The notes beneath the pieces are model-generated. The model had not been told where the DNA came from, ran no database searches, and saw nothing but the letters and a program-made list of their open reading frames with translations. A stretch of 63,344 nt of DNA, the filler included, from Octopus bimaculoides (Eukaryota): NCBI RefSeq assembly GCF_001194135.2. It is 6 parts of 5 records of this genome, joined end to end, with 100 filler letters (N's around TTAATTAATTAA, not from the genome) between each part and the next. Parts side by side here need not be neighbours in the genome. Positions count along the whole stretch, not along the records: positions 52,928 to 56,568 come from NC_068983.1; positions 56,669 to 63,344 come from NC_068985.1; 4 more parts are not named here. One strand, written 5' to 3'. The position numbers and the translations under genes are program-made. Below, piece after piece: positions 52,930 to 63,344 of this stretch (positions within the stretch are counted from its first letter, which is position 1; each line of letters starts with the position of its first letter).

Positions 52930-53235
52930 CATTACAGTATCGAAATGTGATTGTTTCAGTTAGTGGAATAGTTTCATTTTTAAAGTGAAAGTATTTGACA
53001 TGAGTGTTTTTGTTTCACTTTTGACACGTAATACTTAAATAGTGGAGGAGATATTATGTTGCCGTGGGCTCGAACTCTGCAAGAAGTTAAAAATTTGTTT
53101 TGACTAAAACACAACTGGAACCCTAAGTAAGGCATCTGTAAAATTTGAATGAAATTGGTTGCGTAGTTCTCGAGTTTTAGGGATTCACACACACAGACAG
53201 ACAGACACACATTCTCATTTTTATATATATAGATT
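52930..53235 (+). mobile_element. Non-autonomous Helitron/Helentron-like element (Lep1/DINE-type 3' end)
   Basis: aaatttgaatgaaattggttgcgtagttctcgagttttag + (cacacagacagacag) microsatellite + tttatatatatagat terminus, an architecture typical of this class. Confidence 0.5.
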
Positions 53236-53769
53236 AAGTATATGCCTAATGGCAGGAAGAAAATGATAATGATGAAACAATCTGACACTAATTGGAAATG
53301 AAAAGTGAGAAAGTACATCATAAAATAAAATAAACAACAAATTATCTTACGGCTGTTCTATATATTCGACATAAATCATTATGTCATAGGTGCCCTGTTG
53401 GTTTTATTCGAGGTTACAATAAGCTTTCGAATAAAGCTTACGCAGCAAGATATATATGGAAATACTTATTTTTTTCGTTTCAACTTTCAGTTACTGCTGT
53501 ATTTAGTTAGCGTTGCATGAATTCTACTTTTGAATACTAAGAACGTAATTTATGGAAGTAAGGAGATAGTTGTGAAAATATAAGTGTTACCATTAGTTGG
53601 AATATTCCACTGACATTAAAACTCTTCATATAATTAGAAACGCTAAAAACACTAAATCACTCTAAACTATAGTCGAAGGGTCGAAAACTTCCGAAACCAC
53701 TAAATCCCATCAAAATATCTAAAGACTATACTAAGGAACAAGTTACATGTTTTTGTCAATTGAATTACA

Positions 53770-55110
53770 CTTGACAGTTTGTTCTAGGCACTTTGGATAC
53801 GCTTAGCACGAAATTGACTCAGTTTTGTTCTATTAAGTCCTGATTTTGGAGTTATGATGGTAAGTTTATCATTTCATAAGACTACGTAATTTAGTCACTA
53901 GTATACTGTGACTTGCTTAAATGTAATTGTAACTTAGCTACCTAAACAAAAATTTACAGAAAATGTTTATACGAATCTCAGAACTGAAATAATGTTTGAA
54001 CATATAGAAAAGGCTTTAAATCTTATCAAATATAAGAAGCACGTGTGGAGCATATAACTTTACTTAAATTGGTTAATTTTCGGCTAGGACAGCAAGCAGT
54101 GTATACCTTGCTTACATTGCTTAAAGGACAGCAGAGACAAAGAAGAACATTATCCCAAACTATCTGGCCAGCACAGATATCACTTTCTGTGAGCATAAAA
54201 AAAACGTACTTAGTCCACCTTGAATGACCGCATATAAAATCATATTTCCTCTTCTGCATATCAAACTAGGTCTCATTAAACAATATTTAAAAGCTTTAGA
54301 TATGAACGGCGATTGTTTCAAATACATTGCTTCAGCACTTATAAGTTAAGTTATATGAAAAAATGAAGGCGAGAATTTTCGACCGTCCACAAATAAAAAT
54401 ATTAACTAAAGAGATCAATTTTCCTAATGTCATGAAATAACGTGAAGCGTATGCCTGGTTCGCTGTTGTGGACTTTATACAAAAGTGTTTTAGACAATTA
54501 TAGAGCAGATAACGACGAAGAAATCGTAAAAAAATAACTTTTAACGTACTATAAAGAGTTAGTTTGCAATATGAGCGTAATAATGCATTTTTGAATAGCC
54601 ATCTTGACCACTTTCCAAATAATTTAGGTGCTGTAAGCGACGAACAGGGTGAGAAATTCCAAGATGTCAAAATAACGGAGGAACTGTACCAAGAGTGGTT
54701 GGATACCCACATACTGGATGATTATTGTCGATGCTTGAAAAGAGACGTAACTTCAACAAGCAAATATACTAGAAAGGCCTATAACAGAAACTTTTTGTCA
54801 GAGTGAAAGCTTCGTATCTCTTGATTCTATAGTTTTTTAAAAATATATTTTAAGTCATTTGTATCGTTATAATGTAATTTTATCGTAGTTAGAACTGCTT
54901 GTATTCATAAAATTTGAAAATAAATTTGAACATGAGTTAATATGTTAGTCCTAACTTAAACGATTTGGAAAATGAAACGTAGGCTGTGGCGAAGAATCAG
55001 GATCTGACAGAGCCAAACCGAGTAAAACTTCAGATCTAATCGTATTTAATGAACCCAAATTACTTAGAATCAAGTCTCAGTTATTATTGAATAATATGTG
55101 TTCCGCAGTA
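53770..55110 (+). mobile_element. Decayed DNA transposon, transposase with the (S)DEQGERFHQD motif (tentatively CMC/Chapaev3-like)
   Basis: ..LKALDMNGDCFKYI..; IFDRPQIK; FLNSHLDHFPNNLGAVSDEQGEKFQD...DDYCRCLKRD. Family assignment is from recall and needs an HMM check. Confidence 0.65.
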
Positions 55111-55279
55111 TTATAGGTGCACTGCAATGGAGGCAACCTCTATTCTCATACTTTATCACAAAATTCATGTTTTCCTCAATTTACATTCTCGTCAAAATAT
55201 CTGGATGTTTCCAACTCTTAAAGAACTTTTGTATTTATTTTCTCCCAAAACAGAGACGTTACTATATTCCATGAACATC

Positions 55280-55650
55280 AGATGATACTGAACGCATATA
55301 TTTCTCTTAAGTGTAGACAACTGTTGTTTGGGCCAATTCATTCTCAGACTGATGAAAGCCTGCTATGGCTAATCTTGAAATCCAATATTACGTGCACGCA
55401 GGTGATCCGTCGGAAACAAAACCGACCCCTTAGTGAGTTTCTCCAGTCGGGACGTCTAAATGAGCATCTACAAGAATTAAAATGTAAACAACTCAACAGC
55501 AGGTTGATTCCCATCAGAGCTAGTGAGGGATACGACCAAAGAGGTTTAAGGTTCCATCAAGATCGTCAGGAGCAAAGAAATACCTGAATGGAAGATATTC
55601 CAATTTCGAATTCATTAGAAAGGCAGGTGGCTCTGGTTGTATAACGAAAA
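55280..55650 (+). mobile_element. Second, more decayed copy of the same transposase family
   Basis: ORF 55282-55587: GP....LWLILK...EGYDQRGLRFHQD is a degenerate version of SDEQGERFHQD. Confidence 0.5.
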
Positions 55651-57215
55651 TCGAAGTCCTAGGCTGGTAGAAAATATTGTTAAAAAATTCATGTGACTAA
55701 CGTTAAAAATGATCTGTAATAACGTGATGGATCTGAATGGAATCCAATTGGATTTGTTTACCAAGTATTTATTACTACTTAAACTAGAATAATAGAGCTG
55801 TATTTCTGTTGATCTTACTGTATTGTATTATGCTATTGCACGCTGTCAACTTTATAGGATACGCTGTAAATATACTATTAACGAAGTCTTTAATTTGAAT
55901 TCTAAAGAGAAGTGAAACTTATCTCGATAATGGCTTGGAGTAAAATATGGATACAGTGTCGTCATATGTCTACCTCTTCAACTCAATAAAGGTGATAACT
56001 CGTTGAAAAGCATCAGGGTAGCCGAAAAATAAAATAAAAATTTTACGCGAATAACTGAAGTCATTGCGTCACAAACAGTTCTTGTTTTGCATTATCAAGC
56101 CGAAAAATATTTATTGTTTTCTGCATAAATTCTAAGACGGTTTCTTGGTAAACAAAGCGCACTCTATAGTGGTCCATGAAAAATAGAGATAAGCAAACAT
56201 TCTACTACTTAATTTTTTCAACAATTTTCTTAGAAATGCATCGAAGTCCTGAAACAGAGTAATCTCCTGTGTAGTTGCTAATACAATATGTTAACTGAAT
56301 AATTTTTTTAACCTTATTTGGAGATTATTGTACATTGAGTATATATTCTTGATGGGAAGGCCAAATCCATTTAATTTAAACTCTTGCCAGTATATAACAC
56401 CTCCACTAAAATGCATTCACTGTATGAGATACTATGTTTTTTTTCTATAAATATTGCTGTTGTATCTCGTCACTGAAAATCACTATTCTAACTATTTTTA
56501 ATTTTGTAAGTTATCTCAACACATAATGAAACAGGTCAAGTCGTCATTGACCTGTGCTAATTCATCAGNNNNNNNNNNNNNNNNNNNNNNNNNNNNNNNN
56601 NNNNNNNNNNNNTTAATTAATTAANNNNNNNNNNNNNNNNNNNNNNNNNNNNNNNNNNNNNNNNNNNNAAAAGGAAAAAAAAAAGGTGCCAGCGATAGAT
56701 TGGGGCTTGTGGGGTCGGAGCGTGGCCTGATCATCGCTTCATTTGTGTTGTCTAACGTACTGTTAATATCATTCGATTTTTTATATTTTATATAATTTTT
56801 AAAGTCATATTCTATGTAAACCATTCGCATTACTGATCCCACTCAGTTGTTTTGTACCATTCTATGTTTAGCCCCCTGTGGGCAATAAAGAAATTGGTAT
56901 TTCGTCTGTCTTTACGTTCTGAGTTCAAATTCCGTGGAGGTCGACTTTGCCTTTCTTCCTTTCGGGGGTCTATAAAGTAAGTACCAGTTGCGTACTTGGG
57001 TCGATCTAATCGACTAGTCCCTTCTCCACAAAATTTCGGGCCTTGTGTCTAGAGCAGAAAAGAATTGGTACTTATTTTATCGACCCTGAGAGGATGCAAG
57101 GCAAAGTCAAACACGGCTGAGCTCAAGATGTAAAGACGGACGAAACAACGCTAAGCATTTTGTCCGGCGTGCTAACGATTCTGCCAGCTAGGCCCCCTAG
57201 TTAAGCTTGATATTA

Positions 57216-57454
57216 TTTTAGAAAGTTAAAGAAGTGATTTTAAATTCTCAATCGCAGAATAATGCTAATAATATAGCCTGAACAGGATAAACTATCCCTA
57301 TTTTGCAGAGAAAAGTGTAGGTGGCTAGCTGTAGACCACAGCTAGCCACCTAAAATTTTCTCTGCAAAATAGTGATAGTTTATCCTGTTCAGGCTATATT
57401 ATTAGCATTATTCTGCGATTGAGAATTTAAAATCACATCTTTAACTTTCTAAAA
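57216..57454. repeat. Near-perfect 239-bp palindrome (117-bp arms, 5-nt loop agacc)
   Basis: Arms 57216-57332 and 57338-57454 are reverse complements with 4 mismatches by manual comparison. Confidence 0.95.
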
Positions 57455-57924
57455 GACATCTCAACGCTTCTAAAAGCAAACTTAGTTTGTTTATTTACGT
57501 TTGTCGTAATTTGAATTTAACTTAATATTATTATTATACTAACAGTTTCAAAACATGTCTACACAATTATGCAATTGAAAATATGTTTAGCTTATTGTAC
57601 ACCTTCTATAAACGATCCCTATTAAAGGATAACTCTGTCTTTCCAATATTTACACCCTCCCCTCTAAAACCAATCTCTTCGCCCAGATATACGAAATCTT
57701 TTCTTAATATATAAATATAATTTGAGATTATCCTTATATAATTAAATCTCACCAATTCGCCGAAATACAATGATAAACTTCAAACTAATTTAATAATATG
57801 TAGATAAAAATATTCTCATTTATGACTTGATATCGAAGTAATTGAATTATAAATTGAAAACTTAAGAAACACATAATTTGTATTTTTACATTATACAGGA
57901 GATTACTAATATAATATCCTGTTG

Positions 57925-58842
57925 TATATGTTTTCCTAATCACTGTCGTTACTATTAATTTATTTCTTCATCCAGAGTATTTTAATACGAAATGTTATGA
58001 CGCTAATAAGCACCGTACTTTAGTTATTTCCTTGATTATTACATTATTTTATATTTTCCTTCCTTNNNNNNNNNNNNNNNNNNNNNNNNNNNNNNNNNNN
58101 NNNNNNNNNNNNNNNNNNNNNNNNNNNNNNNNNNNNNNNNNNNNNNNNNNNNNNNNNNNNNNNNNNNNNNNNNNNNNNNNNNNNNNNNNNNNNNNNNNNN
58201 NNNNAAGGCCTGAAATTTTGGGGAAGGGGACTTGTCGATTACATCGACTCCAGTACGCAACTGGTACTTAATTTATCGACTTCGAAAGGATGAAAAGCAA
58301 AGTCGACCTCGGCGGAATTTGAACTCAGAACATAAAGACTGAAGCTTTAGGAAAGAACATCACGTGGCTGTTTTGTAAGAAGCTTGCATCCCAACGACAT
58401 GATTCCGAGTTCAGTCCCACTGCGTGGCACCTTGGGCAAATGTTTTNNNNNNNNNNATGTTTTCCTAATCACTGTCGTTACTATTAATTTATTTCTTCAT
58501 CCAGAGTATTTTAATACGAAATGTTATGACGCTAATAAGCACCGTACTTTAGTTATTTCCTTGATTATTACATTATTTTATATTTTCCTTCCTTCTTCTG
58601 TTTCCGATTCGCAAAATCGAAATGTCTTGGATTCATTACCCTCTAATTTAATTTACCGTTATTTCTGCTTGCGTTTCTCGTTTAAACTTAATCCTTTATT
58701 CTATACGCACAAGGCCTGAAATTTTGGGGAAGGGGACTTGTCGATTACATCGACTCCAGTACGCAACTGGTACTTAATTTATCGACTTCGAAAGGATGAA
58801 AAGCAAAGTCGACCTCGGCGGAATTTGAACTCAGAACATAAN
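57925..58842. other. Duplicated contig ends around gaps (probable assembly or haplotype artefact)
   Basis: 57925-58066 equals 58457-58592, and 58205-58335 equals 58712-58842. Both are identical and abut N runs. Confidence 0.8.
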
Positions 58843-59204
58843 NNNNNNNNNNNNNNNNNNNNNNNNNNNNNNNNNNNNNNNNNNNNNNNNNNNNNNNNNN
58901 NNNNNNNNNNNNNNNNNNNNNNNNNNNNNNNNNNNNNNNNNNNNNNNNNNNNNNNNNNNNNNNNNNNNNNNNNNNNNNNNNNNNNNNNNNNNNNNNNNNN
59001 NNNNNNNNNNNNNNNNNNNNNNNNNNNNNNNNNNNNNNNNNNNNNNNNNNNNNNNNNNNNNNNNNNNNNNNNNNNNNNNNNNNNNNNNNNNNNNNNNNNN
59101 NNNNNNNNNNNNNNNNNNNNNNNNNNNNNNNNNNNNNNNNNNNNNNNNNNNNNNNNNNNNNNNNNNNNNNNNNNNNNNNNNNNNNNNNATATATATATCC
59201 TTTT

Positions 59205-59570
59205 ATTTTTTTTGTTTCAGTTATTTGACTGCGGACATGCTGGAGCACCGCCTTTTCTCGAAAAAAATCGATCCAATGACTTATTGTTTGTAAGTCTAGC
59301 ACTTATTCTATCGGTAGCTTTTGCCGAACCGTTAAGTTTCGGCGACGTAAACACACCAACATCGGTTGTCAAGCGATGGCAGGGGGGATAAACACACACA
59401 CACACACATATACAACAGGCTTCTTTCAGTTTCCGTCTACCAAATCCACCCACATGGCATTGGTCGTCCCGAGGCTCTAGTAGAAGACACTTGCCCAAGG
59501 TGCCGCGCAGTGGGACTGAACCCGGAACCATGCGGTTGCGAAGCTAGCTTCTTACCACACAGCCACTCTG
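59205..59570 (-). mobile_element. SINE family A
   Basis: Reverse complement of the family A consensus seen in this window. Confidence 0.88.
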
Positions 59571-60389
59571 TGCATGTGTTTATACCGGCTCTTTGTCCCA
59601 CACCACCTCTTGATAATCGGTGTTGGTGTGTTTATGTCCCCGTAAAACAGTGGAAACGTTGGCACGCCGGGCAAAATACTTAGCGGTGTTTCGTCCGTTT
59701 CTACGTTCTGAGTTCAAATCCTGCTGGGGTCGACTTTCCCTTTCATTCTTTCGCGGTCGTTAAAATAAGTACCAGTTGAACAGTGGAGGCGATGTAATCG
59801 ATTTCCCCACTCTCCCGAAATTGCTGGCCTTGTACCAAAATTTGGAACCGATACTATTATCCAGAATGGTAAAGTTACCTTTACGACTGACATTTTCGAT
59901 TTAGTCTGCGTATGTTTGTAAACCAGATTTTGATATTAGTACTCAAACAGCTGCTAACAATTGACTGTTTCTCTATGACTTGTTGCTTATTCTGCCGTCG
60001 AAGATAGGAAACAAAAGCGGATGAGGCTTGATTTTTAAGAAACTATATACATTGTTACGTCATAATAGAAACATTTCGACAAAGAAAAACTCGCAGTTCT
60101 TTCCCTTTATGTAAAAGTTCTGACAACTGGACGAATCCAGATCATGCAAAGGTCTATTAGGGAATTATAAACTTTATAGTAAATATATTTTAAAATAATT
60201 AGTCCAGATTCTGGAAAAAAATATTCACAGTTATTATAGTTTAAATTTCTTAAAATAAATTGACGAACGGCTAATTGATTGAAGGAGCAAATAAATATTT
60301 GCTGTATTTAACATAAATATTTTAAAAAAATGTGCTTAATATGGAAAATATTTCACCAATATTATCCAAATGATATCAGTATTATGTTT

Positions 60390-60725
60390 ACAATTCACCC
60401 AAGACTGGTCCCCCGTGCAATGCGTCCCTTACATAAGATCATTGCGACACAGTTTCTTCACTGCAAATGATCCTGCACTTTTCAATGTTATCCCGAAAGA
60501 AATTAAAGTAGAAAAAGACCCCACAACTTTCAGACGGTACCTGGACAAATTCCTCCAGGAAATACCGGATAAACCACCTACTGCTGGATACATCTCAACC
60601 AACAACAACTCTCTGCTTGAGTGGTCCATAGTGTCCCGAAATAATTAATTAAAAGACTTTTCCAGGTGGTGCTATTGAGTTAGTCATAGTTGGGCCGATA
60701 ATGGCCGAAACCAATCTAAGTTATC
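60390..60725 (+). mobile_element. CR1/L2-group LINE 3' end
   Basis: RSLRHSFFTANDPALFNVIPKEI...FRRYLDKFLQEIPDKP...GY...NNSLLEW, then a 3' stem-loop (ggcc..ggccgaaac) and a short repeated tail. Confidence 0.7.
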
Positions 60726-60899
60726 TAAGTTGATATGACGTCATAATGAAATATTTTCCCTCTACTATTATAAAATTTTCAAAATATCTTTATGTTTATA
60801 TGAATAATTATAGATGTTTTCTACCTTGAATGTATATAAGAGGTAGACGATAAGAGAGAGCATTATCATGTGAAAGCAAAGTTCATACTTTCTTACATG

Positions 60900-61320
60900 T
60901 GTATCCATCCATCCATCCATCCATCCATCCATCCATCTTCTCCACCCATTGACAGGGTCGTAGGTGGTGGAGGTAGGTAGAATTCTTAGGTATCTACTCC
61001 ATAGGGTCCTTTTAGAAGCAGCTGTCATTACATTTTCAGTTTAGATTCCCAAGGTTATTATCCAACCATCTCGTTCTTAGTCAGCCCCGCAAGGTCTGGC
61101 GGTTGGCTCGTCTTTAAGAATCTGTCTTGCGATTTCTTCTTGTGACATTCTAATCACCTGTCCATAACACCGGAACTGTGACGTCTCAATGCGGAGAAGT
61201 AGCTGCTCGACCTGCAGGGACCCTCCGATCTCCGAGTTACTCATCCTGTCGAGCGACGTTACTCCAAGACCCTCCAGAGGAACCCTATTTCGGCCGTTTG
61301 TATTCATGATCGTACTCTGT
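60900..61320 (-). mobile_element. RTE-clade LINE 3' end with (GGAT)n tail
   Basis: ORF 61077-61307 LLLRIETSQFRCYGQVIRMSQEEIARQILK..PT.RP; (ccat)n tail at 60903-60937. Confidence 0.75.
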
Positions 61321-61829
61321 CGATGTATAAGGAATGTAAATTAAATATAAAACCCTCAGGCTGGTCTCTCGACCATGATTGAGACTCGACTCAGTGGAAG
61401 TTTTTCTCATGAATTCGTTAAAATACCAGAATATTCTAGGGATTAAATTGCACTGATTTCTTATTTCCACATCTGGTTAGGGAAGGATTTTTGGTCTACT
61501 CAACTCCAGCATTTGGTTGGTGATTATTTTCGTTGAGTCCGAGAATGAGGATAAGTTAAATCGCCTTCGATGGGAATCTGAACTCAGAAAATTGACGGTA
61601 AGAAAAAAAAAAATCTCTGGCTATTTCTTTCTTGAGTCCTAGGAATCAGAGGTCTGGTTACCAGTTTCCCATGACTCATAAGTGACCGAGATTACAACAT
61701 TCTCTTCCCTTCTGAACGGTTTTCTCACGGGTCCGAATATGCTTTAAGCGTATTTGAACTGGTAACAGTTAAAAGATAAAAAATTCTAAATATCATTACA
61801 GTTACGAAATTATGAACTAAAAGTGAACA

Positions 61830-61991
61830 GGCGCAGGAGTGGCTGTGTGGTAAGTACCTCGCTTCCCAACCACAGGGTTCCGGGTGCAGTCCCACTGCGC
61901 AGCACCTTGGGTAAGTGTCTTCTACTATAGCCTCGGGCCGACCAAAGCCTCGTGAATGAATTTGGTAGACGGAAACTGAAAGAAGCCCATC

Positions 61992-62035
<44 letters not shown>

Positions 62036-62595
62036 NNNNNNNNNNNNNNNNNNNNNNNNNNNNNNNNNNNNNNNNNNNNNNNNNNNNNNNNNNNNNNNNN
62101 NNNNNNNNNNNNNNNNNNNNNNNNNNNNNNNNNNNNNNNNNNNNNNNNNNNNNNNNNNNNNNNNNNNNNNNNNNNNNNNNNNNNNNNNNNNNNNNNNNNN
62201 NNNNNNNNNNNNNNNNNNNNNNNNNNNNNNNNNNNNNNNNNNNNNNNNNNNNNNNNNNNNNNNNNNNNNNNNNNNNNNNNNNNNNNNNNNNNNNNNNNNN
62301 NNNNNNNNNNNNNNNNNNNNNNNNNNNNNNNNNNNNNNNNNNNNNNNNNNNTGAAACAAAGAAAAAAATAAACGAATATATATATATGCATGTATTTGTG
62401 TTTGTGTGTTTGTCGCCCCACCATCACTTGACAACCGATGTTGGTGTGTTTACATCTCCGTCACTCAACGGTTGGGCAAAAGAGACCGATAGAATAAGTA
62501 CTAGGCTTGCAAAGAATAAGTCCTGGGGTCGATTTGCTCGACTAAAAGGCGGTGCTCCAGCATGGCCACAGTCAAATGAGTGAAACAAGTAAAGG
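61830..62595 (+). mobile_element. SINE family A (central microsatellite expanded into an N gap)
   Basis: Head ggcgcaggagtggctgtgtggtaag and tail ...tgaaacaagtaaa match 47143-47560. Confidence 0.88.
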
Positions 62596-63307
62596 AGGAA
62601 CCAACTGGTCCTGTGGTCGCTCGGCCTCCTCGGAACAGCATCCAATTCTCGCTTCAATCTTTCCCTACCGTCTTTAAACAGTCAGCTTCAATGAAACTGA
62701 CGACGGACCAATTTTGTATCACTATTGACACCTCTACGTGGTCACTCCCACCGTCCGAAGTAAAGGCACATTCAATAATATAGCATGACATTACTCGTTA
62801 AATCTACATAATGGTTATTAATGATGTTTTTGATATTTAGGTTTGTTCAATCATGCTTGACATAAAACCAAACCAGTCGAAATATCTGTATTTCGGCTGG
62901 TAAATTTAATTGACAACTTTTATAAAAGAGACATGAAATCCAAGAAAAATAACTTCGGTTTTATAAAAGAGTTATTTCCCTTGCATTAAAAGTTCTTATA
63001 TCTGCTTCGCCTGTCTCATTTAACGTGGTGTGGTCATATAATGGAATGAGATCAATAGTTTTCTATTGGAATTATTGCTGTTATCAAACACAATAAACAC
63101 TGTTATATTGTACAGTATTGGACTAATTATGGAAAAGGCTTCTCACGATTCTAAATGTATAATAAACCTTTAACTAATTCAACATAATAGACATATATAT
63201 ATATATACCGGAGTAAGCACACAAATGTGAAACAAGGTGGAGAAAAGAGTACTCAAATACCAGAGGTAGAGTAATATGCTTTATTGAAAAGCAGCAGAAA
63301 TATAACA

Positions 63308-63344
63308 AAAAGCTGTTACTCAGAGTTTCACGTTCCCGTTCGTC
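63308..63344 (-). ncRNA. Minimal type I hammerhead ribozyme motif, cut by the window edge; Penelope-like repeat ~63205-63344
   Basis: Minus strand: (..)GACGA-ACG(GGAA)CGU-GAAA-CUC-U-GAG-UA^ACAGCUUUU. AAUAAA lies ~30 nt downstream (63280-63285). The first two core bases and the 5' strand of stem I are outside the window. Confidence 0.65.

Noticed and set aside
56532-56556. 9-bp hairpin acaggtcaa/ttgacctgt near a gap
   Set aside because: Too short, with no CTAG terminus or termination context; could be chance.
57925-58842. Apparent tandem duplication of two ~135-bp segments
   Set aside because: The copies are identical and each abuts an N run, so this is an overlapping contig end or haplotig. 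The same applies to 33190-33290 and 36530-36790.
60695-60715. ggcc-gataat-ggcc-gaaac hairpin resembling a hammerhead stem II
   Set aside because: No CUGAnGA core; better explained as the 3' stem-loop of the CR1/L2-like LINE.
62840-62900. Possible micro-exon tttag|GTTTGTTCA...GGCTG|gtaaat (VCSIMLDIKPNQSKYLYFG)
   Set aside because: Weak pyrimidine tract, no recognisable motif, no partner exons, and its phase does not fit the Kunitz gene.

Overview
AT-rich, gap-riddled eukaryotic draft-genome window, dominated by microsatellites, tRNA-derived SINEs and decayed LINE/DNA-transposon fragments. The repeat families look like those of an octopus (inference, not database-verified). Almost all ORFs in the supplied track are microsatellite or N-gap artefacts. 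The one well-supported host gene is missed by the ORF track: a + strand secreted tandem-Kunitz (BPTI-fold) protein, with a signal-peptide exon at 17138-17231 and a Kunitz exon at 19399-19609. Its domain 1 has unusual loop spacing and a Thr at P1. Its domain 2 lacks Cys II, as in two-disulfide conkunitzins, and the rest of the gene is not visible. Directly upstream is a ~3.7-kb inverted segmental duplication (~710-4380 vs ~12655-16520) containing a ~270-bp near-identical tract, which suggests a head-to-head paralogue left of the window and recent gene conversion. Other notable items: two minimal hammerhead-ribozyme motifs of the Penelope type, a near-perfect 239-bp palindrome, an intronic pre-miRNA-like hairpin, a full-length TIR-bounded mariner, several R4/Dong-like LINEs next to (TAA)n, Tx1, RTE and CR1-like LINE ends, Chapaev-like remnants, and a possible decayed + strand gene at 39.4-44.1 kb. 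Repeat coordinates are approximate, and identity figures are manual estimates.
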